From Methanobacteriota archaeon (GTDB lineage: Archaea > Thermoplasmatota > Poseidoniia > Poseidoniales > Thalassarchaeaceae), in contig PBGL02000029.1 in the NCBI GenBank assembly GCA_002718995.2, forward strand, positions 10,210-74,209: a stretch of 64,000 bases of DNA. Reading direction: 5' to 3'. The position numbers and the translations under genes are program-made. This document shows, piece by piece, positions 18,193 through 28,622 of the stretch (positions are counted from its first letter, which is position 1; each line of letters starts with the position of its first letter). The notes beneath the pieces were generated by a model that saw only the letters and a program-made list of their open reading frames with translations, searched no databases and was not told where the DNA came from.

Positions 18193-21168
18193 ATGGGAGG
18201 CGGGTCGGAGGGCTTCCTGCATCCTAAAGTAAGGGAGCTTGTTTCTGATCTGGGATGGAAACTGTCTCCAATCCAAGAGGCCTCTATTCCAGACCTCATG
18301 GAGGGTCTGGACAGAGTTTTGGTTGCTCCGACTGGAAGTGGAAAGACCGAGGCGGCCGTACTTCCCCTTGCCTCTAGGTGCCTAGGTGAAGGTTGGGAAG
18401 GGCTTTCCATACTATACATAACACCACTTAGAGCACTGAACAGGGACATTGACAGAAGACTTGCTGCCATGCTAGAGCCATTGGGGCTCACTGTTGGACT
18501 GAGGCATGGGGATACTCCCCAGAGTGTTAGGACAAAGCAATCAAGGAGCCCTCCAAATCTACTGGTGACGACACCGGAGACTGCGCAAATAATGCTTCTT
18601 GGAAGTAGACTCAGGGGGCATTTGGCAGGAGTTAAGGCTGTGATTTTGGATGAGGTTCACGATCTCGCTTCGTCAGAAAGGGGTGCGCAACTTTTGGTCG
18701 GATTAGAGAGGATAAGGGCATACTGTCCGGGTGATTTTCAGCGGGTTGGGCTGTCCGCCACGATCGGGAACCCTGAAGAGATGTCAAGATGGGTCTCCGA
18801 GAGTGCATCGGCGATTCACGGGCCCGCACCAAGAACTACAGATGTAATTGTACACAGGGAGCCACCGAACGTTTCTGATGAGGCTGAGGCGGTTAGTTGG
18901 TCTAGCACCCCCCATGCAGTGGCAGCACATAGGCGCCTGGTGGATTCACTACTGGAAGAGCACCCAGCACTAGTTTTCGTCAATTCTCGTAATGCTGCAG
19001 AGTCGGTTGCTCAGAGGCTGAGTAACATGAATGAGGATCTTCGCTTGGGCGTGCATCATGGCAGCCTAGCGGCAGAGACCAGGAGGGAGATGGAAGAGTC
19101 TCTGAGAAATGGATCGCTTCATGGGATAATCTGCACTAGTAGCCTTGAGCTTGGCATAGACATAGGGAGCATAAGGAGAGTGCACCAGATACAGAGTCCT
19201 CGTGCAGTAGACAGGTTACTGCAGAGAATGGGGAGGGCCGAGCACCATCTGGGAGGTTCAGGGAAGGGGGAGCTTCTAGCTTGGGAGATTGATGAGATTG
19301 CCGAGGGGGCTGTGATTTCAAGAAGGGCTATTGCAGGAGAATTGGAAGGGGTGGAATGGAGGGCAAATCCGGCGGTTGTAGCAGCAAATCAGTTTCTCCA
19401 GATGTCCATCGAGAGGGGAGTTGTGCCACTCAATATTCCTACAGAGATTATTTCCAATTGCTCTATTTTCAGGGATTGGGACGATAATGATACGATTTCG
19501 ATCCTGAGAGTCCTCAATGATCGATGGATGATTAGGCTAATCGAAGAGCCTGCGAATTCTGACGTGACAACATGGCCTGCGAGTCTATGGAGAGAGCTGT
19601 CAAGAAGAACTGAGGGAGATGCTCCTGAAGAGAGGCCTTCTTGGGAGGAGGAGCACTCTGATGGCGATAAGGAGCGTTGGAAGAGGCAATTTCTTAGTGC
19701 ACTGCCTGATTCTCTTTCCAAAGGTTGGTTCTCTCCTTCAGGAAGGCTCGGTAGGACTCGGGTTGAGCACATCTCAATGATTCCAGACGAGCTCTCCTAT
19801 AGGGTCAGGGATGCGGTTGGCAGAGGCATCCTAGGGTCAGTTGATGAGGCCTTCGTCCTATCCCTAGGCGGTGATGATGAAGGTGATCTAGCAAGAACTA
19901 GGACATTCGTGATGGCCGGAAGGACTTGGCAGATAGTTGATGCTGATCCCGATCAAGAAGAGCTTCTTGTAATTCCAGTGAAGGATGCCGGAGAGGTGCC
20001 GGTTTGGTCTGGAGAATTGCCCCCTGTGCCAATCGAAGTGGCTATTGAGGTTGGAAAACTAAGGCGGAGTGCCGCAATCGCAATGGGAGCAGTGGAAGAT
20101 GACGAAGGAATACTCGCTCTGGATCAGTATCCCCTATCTGATGATGCGAGGGAGGCACTTCTGGGGTGCGTTGCTGAGCATATGGATTCCTCTGGTGTCC
20201 TTCCCGATAACAGGACCATGACTGTCTCGGAAAGGGATGGGGCTGTGATCCTGAACACCTGCCATGGATCGAGAGTGAATGAGACTCTAGCGCATTTTCT
20301 ACAGGCAATGGGGTCGCTGAATGAGGGAAGAATGGGAAGAGCCGTCATTGACCCGTACAGAATTTCCCTCCAGGTTCCAGGAGTAGGCCCAGGCGATGTG
20401 ATTGAGTGGCTCACAGGAACTACTGCAGAGGCGCTTCCTTCGATAATGAGGATGACCATACCAAATGGCCGGGCAGTGAGGTGGAGGGTGGTTCAGGTTG
20501 CTAGGAGGATGGGGGTTCTGAAAAAGGGAGTAGACCCAAGGAAGGTGAATCTAGAAGGCTTGATGGGTCGATACAGGGGAACTCCCGTGATTGAGGAAGC
20601 TCTGGACAAATTATTCCACGAGAGGATGGACATCGACTCTACCCAAGACTTGCTAAGGGGCTTACAGGATGGGGCGATATCCATTCACCACACTCCAGCG
20701 GGTAGGTTGGGAATCTCACCGAGGGCTGAGAGGGATCTGTTGCTCCCTGCATGGAGTGATGCTGAGATCAGGGAACGACTCGAGACCCGCCTGCTGAATG
20801 AAAGAACTGTTCTAATTTGTCTGAACTGTGAGGGTAAGACAAGGAGAAGGGTTGAGCGTATGAGCAAAATTGAGCCGTGTTCATCATGCGGTGGAACCAT
20901 GCAAGCCTGCGCTCCGGAGAGAATGGAGTCCATGCTCGCAGAGTGGGTTGCAAGTGATGATCCGAAGATCAGTGGTCGGATGCAGAGGAACGCAGAGCTT
21001 CTCAGGACCCATGGACAAGATGCTGTTCTCTGCCTGATGGGAAGGGGAGTTGGGGAGGATACTGCGACAAGACTACTTCGAGGACCGCCCGGAGACAGGG
21101 TCAGACTACTTCGAGCGATTCACAACGCTGAGTTGCAATATGCTAGGACAAGGCGATTCTGGGCCTAG
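18193..21168 (+). CDS. lhr: Lhr-family DEAD/DEAH-box (SF2) helicase with C-terminal zinc ribbon
   Basis: Walker A APTGSGKTEAA, DEVH box, SAT-like LSATIGN, helicase C motifs, a long Lhr-type C-terminal region, and CLNCEGK...CSSCGG near the C-terminus. Confidence 0.85.
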   Translation: MGGGSEGFLHPKVRELVSDLGWKLSPIQEASIPDLMEGLDRVLVAPTGSGKTEAAVLPLASRCLGEGWEGLSILYITPLRALNRDIDRRLAAMLEPLGLTVGLRHGDTPQSVRTKQSRSPPNLLVTTPETAQIMLLGSRLRGHLAGVKAVILDEVHDLASSERGAQLLVGLERIRAYCPGDFQRVGLSATIGNPEEMSRWVSESASAIHGPAPRTTDVIVHREPPNVSDEAEAVSWSSTPHAVAAHRRLVDSLLEEHPALVFVNSRNAAESVAQRLSNMNEDLRLGVHHGSLAAETRREMEESLRNGSLHGIICTSSLELGIDIGSIRRVHQIQSPRAVDRLLQRMGRAEHHLGGSGKGELLAWEIDEIAEGAVISRRAIAGELEGVEWRANPAVVAANQFLQMSIERGVVPLNIPTEIISNCSIFRDWDDNDTISILRVLNDRWMIRLIEEPANSDVTTWPASLWRELSRRTEGDAPEERPSWEEEHSDGDKERWKRQFLSALPDSLSKGWFSPSGRLGRTRVEHISMIPDELSYRVRDAVGRGILGSVDEAFVLSLGGDDEGDLARTRTFVMAGRTWQIVDADPDQEELLVIPVKDAGEVPVWSGELPPVPIEVAIEVGKLRRSAAIAMGAVEDDEGILALDQYPLSDDAREALLGCVAEHMDSSGVLPDNRTMTVSERDGAVILNTCHGSRVNETLAHFLQAMGSLNEGRMGRAVIDPYRISLQVPGVGPGDVIEWLTGTTAEALPSIMRMTIPNGRAVRWRVVQVARRMGVLKKGVDPRKVNLEGLMGRYRGTPVIEEALDKLFHERMDIDSTQDLLRGLQDGAISIHHTPAGRLGISPRAERDLLLPAWSDAEIRERLETRLLNERTVLICLNCEGKTRRRVERMSKIEPCSSCGGTMQACAPERMESMLAEWVASDDPKISGRMQRNAELLRTHGQDAVLCLMGRGVGEDTATRLLRGPPGDRVRLLRAIHNAELQYARTRRFWA

Positions 21169-21176
21169 AAACCCCT

Positions 21177-21752
21177 ATGCCCGGGATGCCCGCGCGTCAG
21201 TACGTGCTCATCGGATTGACTGGGCGAAACGCCTCTGGCAAATCTACCGTTGTTGATTGGTTCGTCTCCAAGGGGATGGTAAGCGAATCGTGCTCGGATT
21301 CGATACGTGCTCATCTAAAAGAGAAAGGAATAGAGGAGACTCGAGAGAACCTGATTGAGGCTGGTAATGAATTACGTCGAATCGGTGGTGCTGGCATCCT
21401 TGCTGAAATGTTACTAGTGAGGTTAGAGGGAGAGGATGCTGTTATCGATTCGATACGGACACCTGGCGAAGTCGAAGCCCTGCGGGAACGTGAGGATTTC
21501 ATTCTAATCGAGGTTCGCGCGGGCAGGGAAGCACGCTGGCAACGAGCAAAGTCACGTGCAAGGGCTGGTGATATTTCTGATAAAGAGACCTTCTTCGCCA
21601 ATGAAGAGGCGGAGGTAGTTGCCAAAGATGAATCCGGCCAAGCGCTCGACGCTACCGCTGCTCTGGCAGATCTTGTTCTGGTCAATGAGGGCGACTTAGG
21701 TGGACTTTACTCCGATCTTGAGGAGCTTCTTGAGATTCTCTCCCAGATGTGA
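21177..21752 (+). CDS. P-loop nucleotide kinase, CoaE-like / archaeal UPF0200-like
   Basis: P-loop GLTGRNASGKST. Overall pattern (IDSIRTPGEVEALRE..DFILIEV.A....RWQR...R.R.GD) resembles the archaeal CoaE-like small kinases. Only 8 nt downstream of lhr. Confidence 0.55.
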   Translation: MPGMPARQYVLIGLTGRNASGKSTVVDWFVSKGMVSESCSDSIRAHLKEKGIEETRENLIEAGNELRRIGGAGILAEMLLVRLEGEDAVIDSIRTPGEVEALREREDFILIEVRAGREARWQRAKSRARAGDISDKETFFANEEAEVVAKDESGQALDATAALADLVLVNEGDLGGLYSDLEELLEILSQM

Positions 21753-21828
21753 TGACATGCTGGAGAAGATGCTCATTGGGATGGCAAAATGGAGCGAGGG
21801 TGCTTCCCCTGTGTCGATTGGGATTCTA

Positions 21829-22266
21829 TCAGATTTGGCGAACTCGGACTCCGGCCTCTTTCATCATTGACATTGCAATATCGAAATCCTCATTCCACCT
21901 CTCTGGAATACTGAGGTCCTCAGGGAAGACGACCTCCTCGATACCAGCCTGGATTAGCGACCTGGTGCACCTGGAACATGGGGGCCACGTCACATACGCC
22001 GTATTTCCCTTGAGTGAGACTCCTGTTCTAGCTGCATGCATGATCGCATTCTCCTCTGCGTGGCAGATTAAGGGGTACTTCTGAGAGCGGTCGGAGAGCC
22101 TCTCTGAGTCGTCCTCTATCCCCCTAGGGAATCCATTGAATCCAGTTGACCTGATTTCCCTGTCCTCTCCAACAACCACGCATCCAACTTTGGTCGAGGG
22201 GTCCTTGCTCCATGTGGAGATGTGCTTGGCTAGCTCGATGAATCGATTGTCCCACTTGTCACTCAT
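21829..22266 (-). CDS. deoxycytidylate (dCMP) deaminase
   Basis: Zinc motifs CHAEENAI and PCSRC at the expected spacing. 145 aa. Confidence 0.9.
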   Translation of the reverse strand: MSDKWDNRFIELAKHISTWSKDPSTKVGCVVVGEDREIRSTGFNGFPRGIEDDSERLSDRSQKYPLICHAEENAIMHAARTGVSLKGNTAYVTWPPCSRCTRSLIQAGIEEVVFPEDLSIPERWNEDFDIAMSMMKEAGVRVRQI

Positions 22267-22268
22267 GG

Positions 22269-22598
22269 TTATGCCCCCTCTGCCCCAGATGGTGGGTCGT
22301 TATCTCGGTTCGCCTCGGAGCGGTTCTCGTCATAGCCCTCCCATACCTCGGGATTGTTGTAGCAATCTGGATCATCCTCATCAGCCTGCCCTCCCTTGTC
22401 ATTGTCTATGCCATCACCGCAATTGCCCGAGCTGATGCCGCTTTTTGCCAGAATCCCCTCGCCCGCCTCAGTTGTCAGAAGGGCCACCAGGACCCCGGAC
22501 AAAACTATGACCAATGCAAGCATGATGACCTTGGAAGCGGTATCCCGGGACTCTACTACCACGGTAATCTCAGGCTTGTTCTCATCTCTTGGCGGCAT
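22269..22598 (-). CDS. hypothetical single-pass membrane protein with a Cys-bounded acidic CGDGIDND...DEDDPDC motif
   Basis: 109 aa. TM helix VIMLALVIVLSGVLVALL followed by an acidic ectodomain. Its stop lies 2 nt before the dCMP deaminase start. Confidence 0.5.
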   Translation of the reverse strand: MPPRDENKPEITVVVESRDTASKVIMLALVIVLSGVLVALLTTEAGEGILAKSGISSGNCGDGIDNDKGGQADEDDPDCYNNPEVWEGYDENRSEANRDNDPPSGAEGA

Positions 22599-22637
22599 GC
22601 GATACGCATCTCACAGATAGTCATCATACTTGGGTTC

Positions 22638-23930
22638 TTAGTGGGCGGTCAGAACTTCCCATAGATTGAGTTCGTCTCTTTCGACCACATATTTGAGTAG
22701 GTCTCCGACGAGATACACACTACCTATGACTAACAAATCCGCATCTAATTCCCTCGCCATTGATCCTGCAATTTCAAACGCCTTTAGCGGATCTTTCTCG
22801 ACCTTGGAGGGAACATATCCGATTCCATAATCCTCCATGATTCCAGAGAGTTCCTCTACGGTTACTGCCGGATTCCTTCCGCTGATTGGCTCTGTGAACA
22901 CCACCTTTGGGAAAATGTGGTCCATGGAAATCTCCGCCATAAATGGATCGAGTGCCTTCCTAAGGTCGGCCTTCTTACTCATTCCGAAGAGTACCACAGT
23001 AGGAACCTCAATCTCGTTGAGATCGCTTTCCAAGCTTTCCGCATTGTGTGCTGCGCTCAGTCTCGTTGTCACTCCCTCGACCCAGTCTTCACCGAAGTTT
23101 GGGGACCTCCCTGGCCAAACGCATTCTGTGTCACGGGGTTTCCATCCGAGGAACTCGGATACCGCCTCAACCATCGGGTCGTAGGATTCCCACTTATTGG
23201 AGGAGGCCTGAATGTAGGGCCACCAAAGGAGATCTTCGCCCCCGATTTCTTCGATTGCCCCGATAACTCCTGGGTCCGTCTGCTGAAGTGCGATCATTTT
23301 GATTCCAGGTCGGTGAATGGCGGCCTTCTCGGTTGCTATCTCCTCGAGGGTTGATCCGAGAAACTCTGAATGGTCCATCGAAATAGTGGTCAACATGCAT
23401 AAATCTGCATCGACTAATCTAGTTGCGTCTAGCCTCCCTCCCATTCCCGTCTCAATAATTGCTCGATCGACTCCCGAGATGCTGAATGCGAGCATAGCGA
23501 CTAGGAAGGTTGTTTCAAAGTAAGTCGGGGAGATGGCAGGACTCTCCTCTGATGCCTGCCTGACCATTTCCAAAAGATCGTCGAAAAGAACGGGGGAGAC
23601 TGGTCTTCCGTCTATCCTGATCCTTTCCTCGACTGTTACCAAGTGAGGGGAGGTGAACAGGCCGGTGATATTGCCACTTGAGGATGAGGCCGCGGAGAGT
23701 TTGACGCATAGGGACCCCTTGCCGTTGGTACCAGCAACGTGAATGGATGGGAATTCTAGATGCGGGTCCCCCATCCTGCTCAGTATTTCTCTACAGTTAT
23801 CGAGCCCCAATTTAACCCCCATGGAGAGTCTCTCATCGAGCCAGTCCCTCTCGCTCATCCGATCTAACCTCTCTCCCTGTCGCATGGGCGTGAACGGGTC
23901 AAGGTGATATGGCCCTTGAAGTTCGTGCAT
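22638..23930 (-). CDS. folC: folylpolyglutamate synthase / dihydrofolate synthase
   Basis: Mur-ligase P-loop HVAGTNGKGS and overall FolC layout. The true start may be an internal Met (for example 23858), which would remove the overlap with the divergent gene. Confidence 0.85.
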   Translation of the reverse strand: MHELQGPYHLDPFTPMRQGERLDRMSERDWLDERLSMGVKLGLDNCREILSRMGDPHLEFPSIHVAGTNGKGSLCVKLSAASSSSGNITGLFTSPHLVTVEERIRIDGRPVSPVLFDDLLEMVRQASEESPAISPTYFETTFLVAMLAFSISGVDRAIIETGMGGRLDATRLVDADLCMLTTISMDHSEFLGSTLEEIATEKAAIHRPGIKMIALQQTDPGVIGAIEEIGGEDLLWWPYIQASSNKWESYDPMVEAVSEFLGWKPRDTECVWPGRSPNFGEDWVEGVTTRLSAAHNAESLESDLNEIEVPTVVLFGMSKKADLRKALDPFMAEISMDHIFPKVVFTEPISGRNPAVTVEELSGIMEDYGIGYVPSKVEKDPLKAFEIAGSMARELDADLLVIGSVYLVGDLLKYVVERDELNLWEVLTAH

Positions 23931-25006
23931 ACATGGCAGGGGGCGAGCAGGCGAGTATACTGGATGCGATGAAGGACCAGTGGACGTCTATGGTTGGAAT
24001 GGCGGGTATGTTCATTGCAACTATTCTGATTGGTCTGAGCATACAGCCTGTTTATGACATTCCCGAAGCGAGGGCTTTCGGAGAGGCTGGAGCCTCGAAG
24101 GGTGGCTTCATCGCACTAGAACTGATGATGATCGGGATTTTCACGGTGGCTATCATTTGGCTCGCGCGTAAGGGGATTGACTGGCTGATCAAGGGAATCG
24201 TGCTTTTCGCTCTGTGGATGAGCATGTTCTACGCGGTACAGCCTTACGCTGCATTGCTACTAATCATCTTGGGAATGGAGTCGTTTGCAACGGTAGCGGC
24301 CACGAGCTTCATGGTTAGTGCTGGCTCAATCTACCTTCTCCATATTTTCCCCGAGTGGTACGTGGTGAATGGAGTTGGCATCATGGTTGGTGCCGGAGTC
24401 GTAACGATGATCGGGGTCTCATTCGTCCCTGTTCTCATCATTCTATTCATGATTGCAGCTGCGATTTACGATCACTGGGCGGTGAATGGAAGTAAGCATA
24501 TGCTCGAATTGGCAGATACGATGATTGATCTGAAATTACCCGTTCTACTTGTTGCACCGAAGAGCTCTGACTACTCGTTCCTTGACGAGGGAGACAGGGT
24601 GATGAGGGATGACCCCCCTGAAAACTCAACAATGGACTGGGATGACCCTGTTCCGAATGTAGCCGTTGGGAAGGACAAGCCGAAGGGCAGGGAGGCTCTT
24701 TTCATGGGACTTGGGGACGTCATATTCCCAGGCATGTTGGTAATATCCTCCGTCTCCTTCCTTCCGGAGACTGGTAGTGAATTGACATATGTCTTCGGAA
24801 CGATGTACACTGGCCCTCTGGCCGTCGGCCTTGGAACTTTGGTGGGCGGCCTGATGGGTTACCTTGCCCTGATGACGCAGGTGGCAAGGGGGAAGCCGCA
24901 AGCGGGCCTCCCGCTCCTAAATGGGGGCTCAATTCTCGGCTACCTCGTTTCTGGCTACTTCGCCCTCGGAATAGACCAGTTATGGCAGGACATCACCTTC
25001 CTGTGA
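23909..25006 (+). CDS. presenilin / signal-peptide-peptidase homologue (A22 GxGD intramembrane aspartyl protease)
   Basis: Polytopic. YD motif AAIYDHWAV, GxGD motif MGLGDVIFPGML, PAL-like GLPLLNG, with a long acidic loop between the catalytic helices. Start uncertain (Met9 at 23933 or Met21 at 23969 are possible). Confidence 0.75.
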   Translation: MALEVRAYMAGGEQASILDAMKDQWTSMVGMAGMFIATILIGLSIQPVYDIPEARAFGEAGASKGGFIALELMMIGIFTVAIIWLARKGIDWLIKGIVLFALWMSMFYAVQPYAALLLIILGMESFATVAATSFMVSAGSIYLLHIFPEWYVVNGVGIMVGAGVVTMIGVSFVPVLIILFMIAAAIYDHWAVNGSKHMLELADTMIDLKLPVLLVAPKSSDYSFLDEGDRVMRDDPPENSTMDWDDPVPNVAVGKDKPKGREALFMGLGDVIFPGMLVISSVSFLPETGSELTYVFGTMYTGPLAVGLGTLVGGLMGYLALMTQVARGKPQAGLPLLNGGSILGYLVSGYFALGIDQLWQDITFL

Positions 25007-25061
25007 CCGATTTCTCCCGATTCCTTGAAAGTGAGCAATCCTGCCCTCGGGCTCGATAGCC

Positions 25062-26345
25062 ATGCTGGACATCGCCATGTTCCGTGATCAATCGGACCTT
25101 ATTCGGGCTGATCACGATAGAAGGGGTGTTCCTCATGACGCAATAGACGAGATCATCAGATTGGACGAGGAGTGGCGCAAGGCACAGTATGATGCCGATC
25201 AGATCAGGAGAGAGAGGAATGCGGCGGCGAAGGGGATTGCAGAGGCGAAGAAGGCGGGCGATTCTACCGCTGCTGAGTCGATTATTGCGGAGGTTGCCGA
25301 TCTCGGGAACAAAATCTCGGACTTGGGGGCCTATGCTGACGAGTGCCTCGAGAAGAGGGACTCCCTTAGGATGAAAGTACCTAACATCCTACACCCGGAC
25401 GTCCCGGTCGGTGAGGACGATCAGAAGAACACCCTCCACAGTCTACACGGAGATAAGGCGGAGCTGGGTTTCGAGCCCCGTAACCACAATGACCTGATCG
25501 AGATGAATGGCTGGGTGGATCAAGCAAGAGGGGCGAAGGTCGCAGGCAGCCGATTCTACTTCATGCAGGGGGACCTAGCTAGGATGGAGATGGCCCTCCA
25601 ACAGTACTCCTCCGATTTCCTAATCAATAAGGGGTACACTTTGGTTCAGCCGCCATTGATGATGAACAGGGCGGCCTACGAGGGAGTCACCGACCTATCT
25701 GACTTCGAGACGGTGATGTATGGCATAGAGCCAGACAAGTACTACCTGATCGCGACTAGCGAGCACCCGCTAACAGCGATGAGGATGGACGAGATAATCG
25801 AGCCCTCGGAACTTCCGATAAAGATGGTCGGAGTGTCGCAGTGCTTCAGGCGCGAGGTAGGCGCTCACGGACTGTCGGACAGGGGGATCTGGAGAGTGCA
25901 CCAATTCACCAAGGTGGAGCAGATAGTGATATGCCACCCGGATGACTCCTGGTCGCATCACGAGGAGCTCCTGGATAACGCGGTGGGCCTATGGGACAGC
26001 CTAGGGCTGCATTACAGGGTAGTCAATATCTGCACGGGTGACATGGGGACAGTTGCTGCGAAGAAGTACGATTTGGAGGCTTGGCTACCAGGTGCTGATG
26101 CGTACAAGGAGGTCGTTTCCTGCTCAAACTGCACCGACTACCAGGCGAACAGGCTCAGGATGAGGTACAGGACCACAGACGGGAACGAGGCCGTGCACAC
26201 GCTCAATTCCACAGCAGTAGCGACTAGCAGGGCGCTGGTGGCCATACTGGAGCAGAATCAGCTTGAAGACGGCAGGGTATCCATCCCTGACGTGCTAAGG
26301 CCGTACATGGGAGGGCAGGATGCCCTCCAGCCACTAGGATCCTGA
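25062..26345 (+). CDS. serS: serine--tRNA ligase
   Basis: N-terminal coiled-coil arm and class II core (FRRE, TSEHPL, GLHYRVVNICTGDMG, NSTAVATSRALVAILE). Confidence 0.95.
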   Translation: MLDIAMFRDQSDLIRADHDRRGVPHDAIDEIIRLDEEWRKAQYDADQIRRERNAAAKGIAEAKKAGDSTAAESIIAEVADLGNKISDLGAYADECLEKRDSLRMKVPNILHPDVPVGEDDQKNTLHSLHGDKAELGFEPRNHNDLIEMNGWVDQARGAKVAGSRFYFMQGDLARMEMALQQYSSDFLINKGYTLVQPPLMMNRAAYEGVTDLSDFETVMYGIEPDKYYLIATSEHPLTAMRMDEIIEPSELPIKMVGVSQCFRREVGAHGLSDRGIWRVHQFTKVEQIVICHPDDSWSHHEELLDNAVGLWDSLGLHYRVVNICTGDMGTVAAKKYDLEAWLPGADAYKEVVSCSNCTDYQANRLRMRYRTTDGNEAVHTLNSTAVATSRALVAILEQNQLEDGRVSIPDVLRPYMGGQDALQPLGS

Positions 26346-28598
26346 ACTGGGCGACAAAGAGACCTCGATCCACTTGGACGTCGGCGTATTGCTCCCCTCC
26401 GCCGTACTCTCCAGAGGCACTAGGACGTTGGCCTCGGGGAAGTACGAGCACAGATTCCCCCGGGGGATGTCGTACGGCACTACCTTCCACCTCTCCGAGT
26501 GGATCTCCCTGTCCCCCCAGTGGCTCGTTATGTCTACCTCGTCACCTCCTGTGACGCCCATCTTGGACATGTCGACCTCGTTCATCATCACGATCCTCCT
26601 GGCGTTGTATATCCCCCTGTACCTGTCGTCCATCCCGTAGATGGTGGTGTTGTACTGGTCGTGGCTCCGGACGGTCATGAGGACGAACCTTCCTTCGTCA
26701 ATCTCCCTCTCAGGTAGGTCGTGGCAGAAGAAATGCGCCTTTCCGGATGTGGTATCCCATTCCGGTCCGTCTCTCGGGCCATTGGGGAGGTAGAAGCCTC
26801 CCTTCTCCCTCGACCTAGTGTTGTAATCCTCGAATCCCGGGATGCATCTCGAAATCAGCTCCCTTACTGAGTCGTGGTCAGACAGGGACTGCCAGTCGAA
26901 GGGCCCTTCGGGGAAGCATGCGGAGCCTATCCTCCGTACTATCTCGGGTTCCGAAAGGAGCATGTGCGAAGCTGGTTCAATCGAACCGGTGCTGGAGTGG
27001 ACCATTCCCATCGAGTTCTCGACGGTGACGAATCCGGATGGGTCCTTCTCCGTCCTTCCAAGGCAGGGCAATATCAGTGCGGTTCTCCCTGTGACTAAGT
27101 GGGACCTGTTCATCTTGGTTGAAATCTGCACGCTTAGGTCGATATTACCGATTGCCTCGGCTACCCTCTCTGTATCCGACATGGCGGAGACCAAGTTTCC
27201 GCCCATCGACATGTACAGCCTGACTCTGTCCTCCAGCGCGGCTTGGATGAACTCGACGGCGTCATACCCCCTTTCCCTCGGCATCTCGATTCCAGTTTCT
27301 TTCTCGCATGCGGAGAGGAAGTCCTCGCTCGGATGGTGATTTATCCCGACAGTGCGGTCTCCTTGTACATTGGAGTGGCCTCTAACTGGGCAGGCACCTG
27401 CCCCTGGTTTACCGAAGTGTCCGGCGGCGAGAAGGAGGTTCGCTATCTCCTGAATTACTGCGACGCTGTTCTTGTGCTGTGTTAGGCCCATGGCCCAGCA
27501 GACTATCATCCTCTTTGACTTGGATACATTTCTTCCGATGTGCTCTATTCTCTCCTTGCCAATCCCTGACTGGGAAACTATCTCTTCCCAATCGGCGCTT
27601 TCGATATGCTTCTTCCAGTCCTCGAATCCGATGGTGTGCTCCTCTACGAAGCTTCGATCGACATTCCCTCTCTCAAGCATCACCTTTGCGAATCCCTGTA
27701 GCAATGCGGCATCCCCTCCTATCCTGACCGGGAGGTGCTCATCTGCGATCTGAGTCCCAGTACCGAGCATCTGCAATGGATTCTGAGGGTGCTTGAACTT
27801 CTTCATCGCTGTCTCTTCTAGAGGGTTGATACTGATTACCGAGCCTCCATTCTTCTTACAGTTAGACAATGCTGTGAGCATTCTAGGGTGATTAGTACCC
27901 GGATTCTGTCCGATTACTAGAATCAGGTCTGCCTCATCGAAGCATGAGAGTTTGACGGTTCCCTTTCCTATTCCTATTGAGCCGCCCAAGGCGTGCCCGC
28001 TTGATTCGTGGCACATATTGCTGCAGTCAGGGAGATTGTTTGTCCCGAACTGTCGGGCTAGTGTACCCCAGAGAAAGGCCGCTTCATTGGAAGTTCTCCC
28101 ACTGGTGTACAGAACTGCTTCTCGGGGGTCATTGAGTTCTTGTCTGGCTTCAGAGATGATAGAAAAGGCGTCATCCCAATCAATCTCTTCATACCGATCC
28201 GAATCCTCCCTGAGGATCATTGGGTGGGTTATTCTTCCTAGCTTGTCCAGTTCCATGTCACTCATTTCCGAGAGTTGGCTAACTGTCTTGCTGCCTATCA
28301 GCTCTGGAGTTGCCCTCTTCTTAGTAGCCTCGGTAGCGAAAGCCTTCGCTCCGTTCTCGCAGAACTCGAAGCCGCTCCTGTGATCATCCGGATCGGGCCA
28401 TGCACAGCCCGGACAGTCGTAACCATCGAACTTGTTTACTGTCCTCATTGTCTTGATGGTGCGCATCAGACCAGCTTCACTTAGCCCTATGGCGAATGAC
28501 TTCTGAACGCCAGTAAAACCGGCGGCGACCTTCTTCGGTGACCCTATTCTGAGCTTCTCCTCCTTGATTGGAGGCTGGGCCCTGACTCCGCGTGCCAT
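26334..28598 (-). CDS. molybdopterin oxidoreductase, FdhF/YdeP family
   Basis: 754 aa. N-terminal Cys cluster DCPGCAWPDP...FCENG and molybdopterin-oxidoreductase blocks typical of YdeP-like proteins. 12-nt convergent overlap with serS. Confidence 0.75.
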   Translation of the reverse strand: MARGVRAQPPIKEEKLRIGSPKKVAAGFTGVQKSFAIGLSEAGLMRTIKTMRTVNKFDGYDCPGCAWPDPDDHRSGFEFCENGAKAFATEATKKRATPELIGSKTVSQLSEMSDMELDKLGRITHPMILREDSDRYEEIDWDDAFSIISEARQELNDPREAVLYTSGRTSNEAAFLWGTLARQFGTNNLPDCSNMCHESSGHALGGSIGIGKGTVKLSCFDEADLILVIGQNPGTNHPRMLTALSNCKKNGGSVISINPLEETAMKKFKHPQNPLQMLGTGTQIADEHLPVRIGGDAALLQGFAKVMLERGNVDRSFVEEHTIGFEDWKKHIESADWEEIVSQSGIGKERIEHIGRNVSKSKRMIVCWAMGLTQHKNSVAVIQEIANLLLAAGHFGKPGAGACPVRGHSNVQGDRTVGINHHPSEDFLSACEKETGIEMPRERGYDAVEFIQAALEDRVRLYMSMGGNLVSAMSDTERVAEAIGNIDLSVQISTKMNRSHLVTGRTALILPCLGRTEKDPSGFVTVENSMGMVHSSTGSIEPASHMLLSEPEIVRRIGSACFPEGPFDWQSLSDHDSVRELISRCIPGFEDYNTRSREKGGFYLPNGPRDGPEWDTTSGKAHFFCHDLPEREIDEGRFVLMTVRSHDQYNTTIYGMDDRYRGIYNARRIVMMNEVDMSKMGVTGGDEVDITSHWGDREIHSERWKVVPYDIPRGNLCSYFPEANVLVPLESTAEGSNTPTSKWIEVSLSPSSGS

Positions 28599-28622
28599 TG
28601 AACTCTGGGGCAGGTAGGGGTT

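Noticed and set aside
21749-22084. 111-aa plus-strand ORF after the P-loop kinase gene
   Set aside because: It lies mostly antisense to the dCMP deaminase gene, which has clear zinc-binding motifs.
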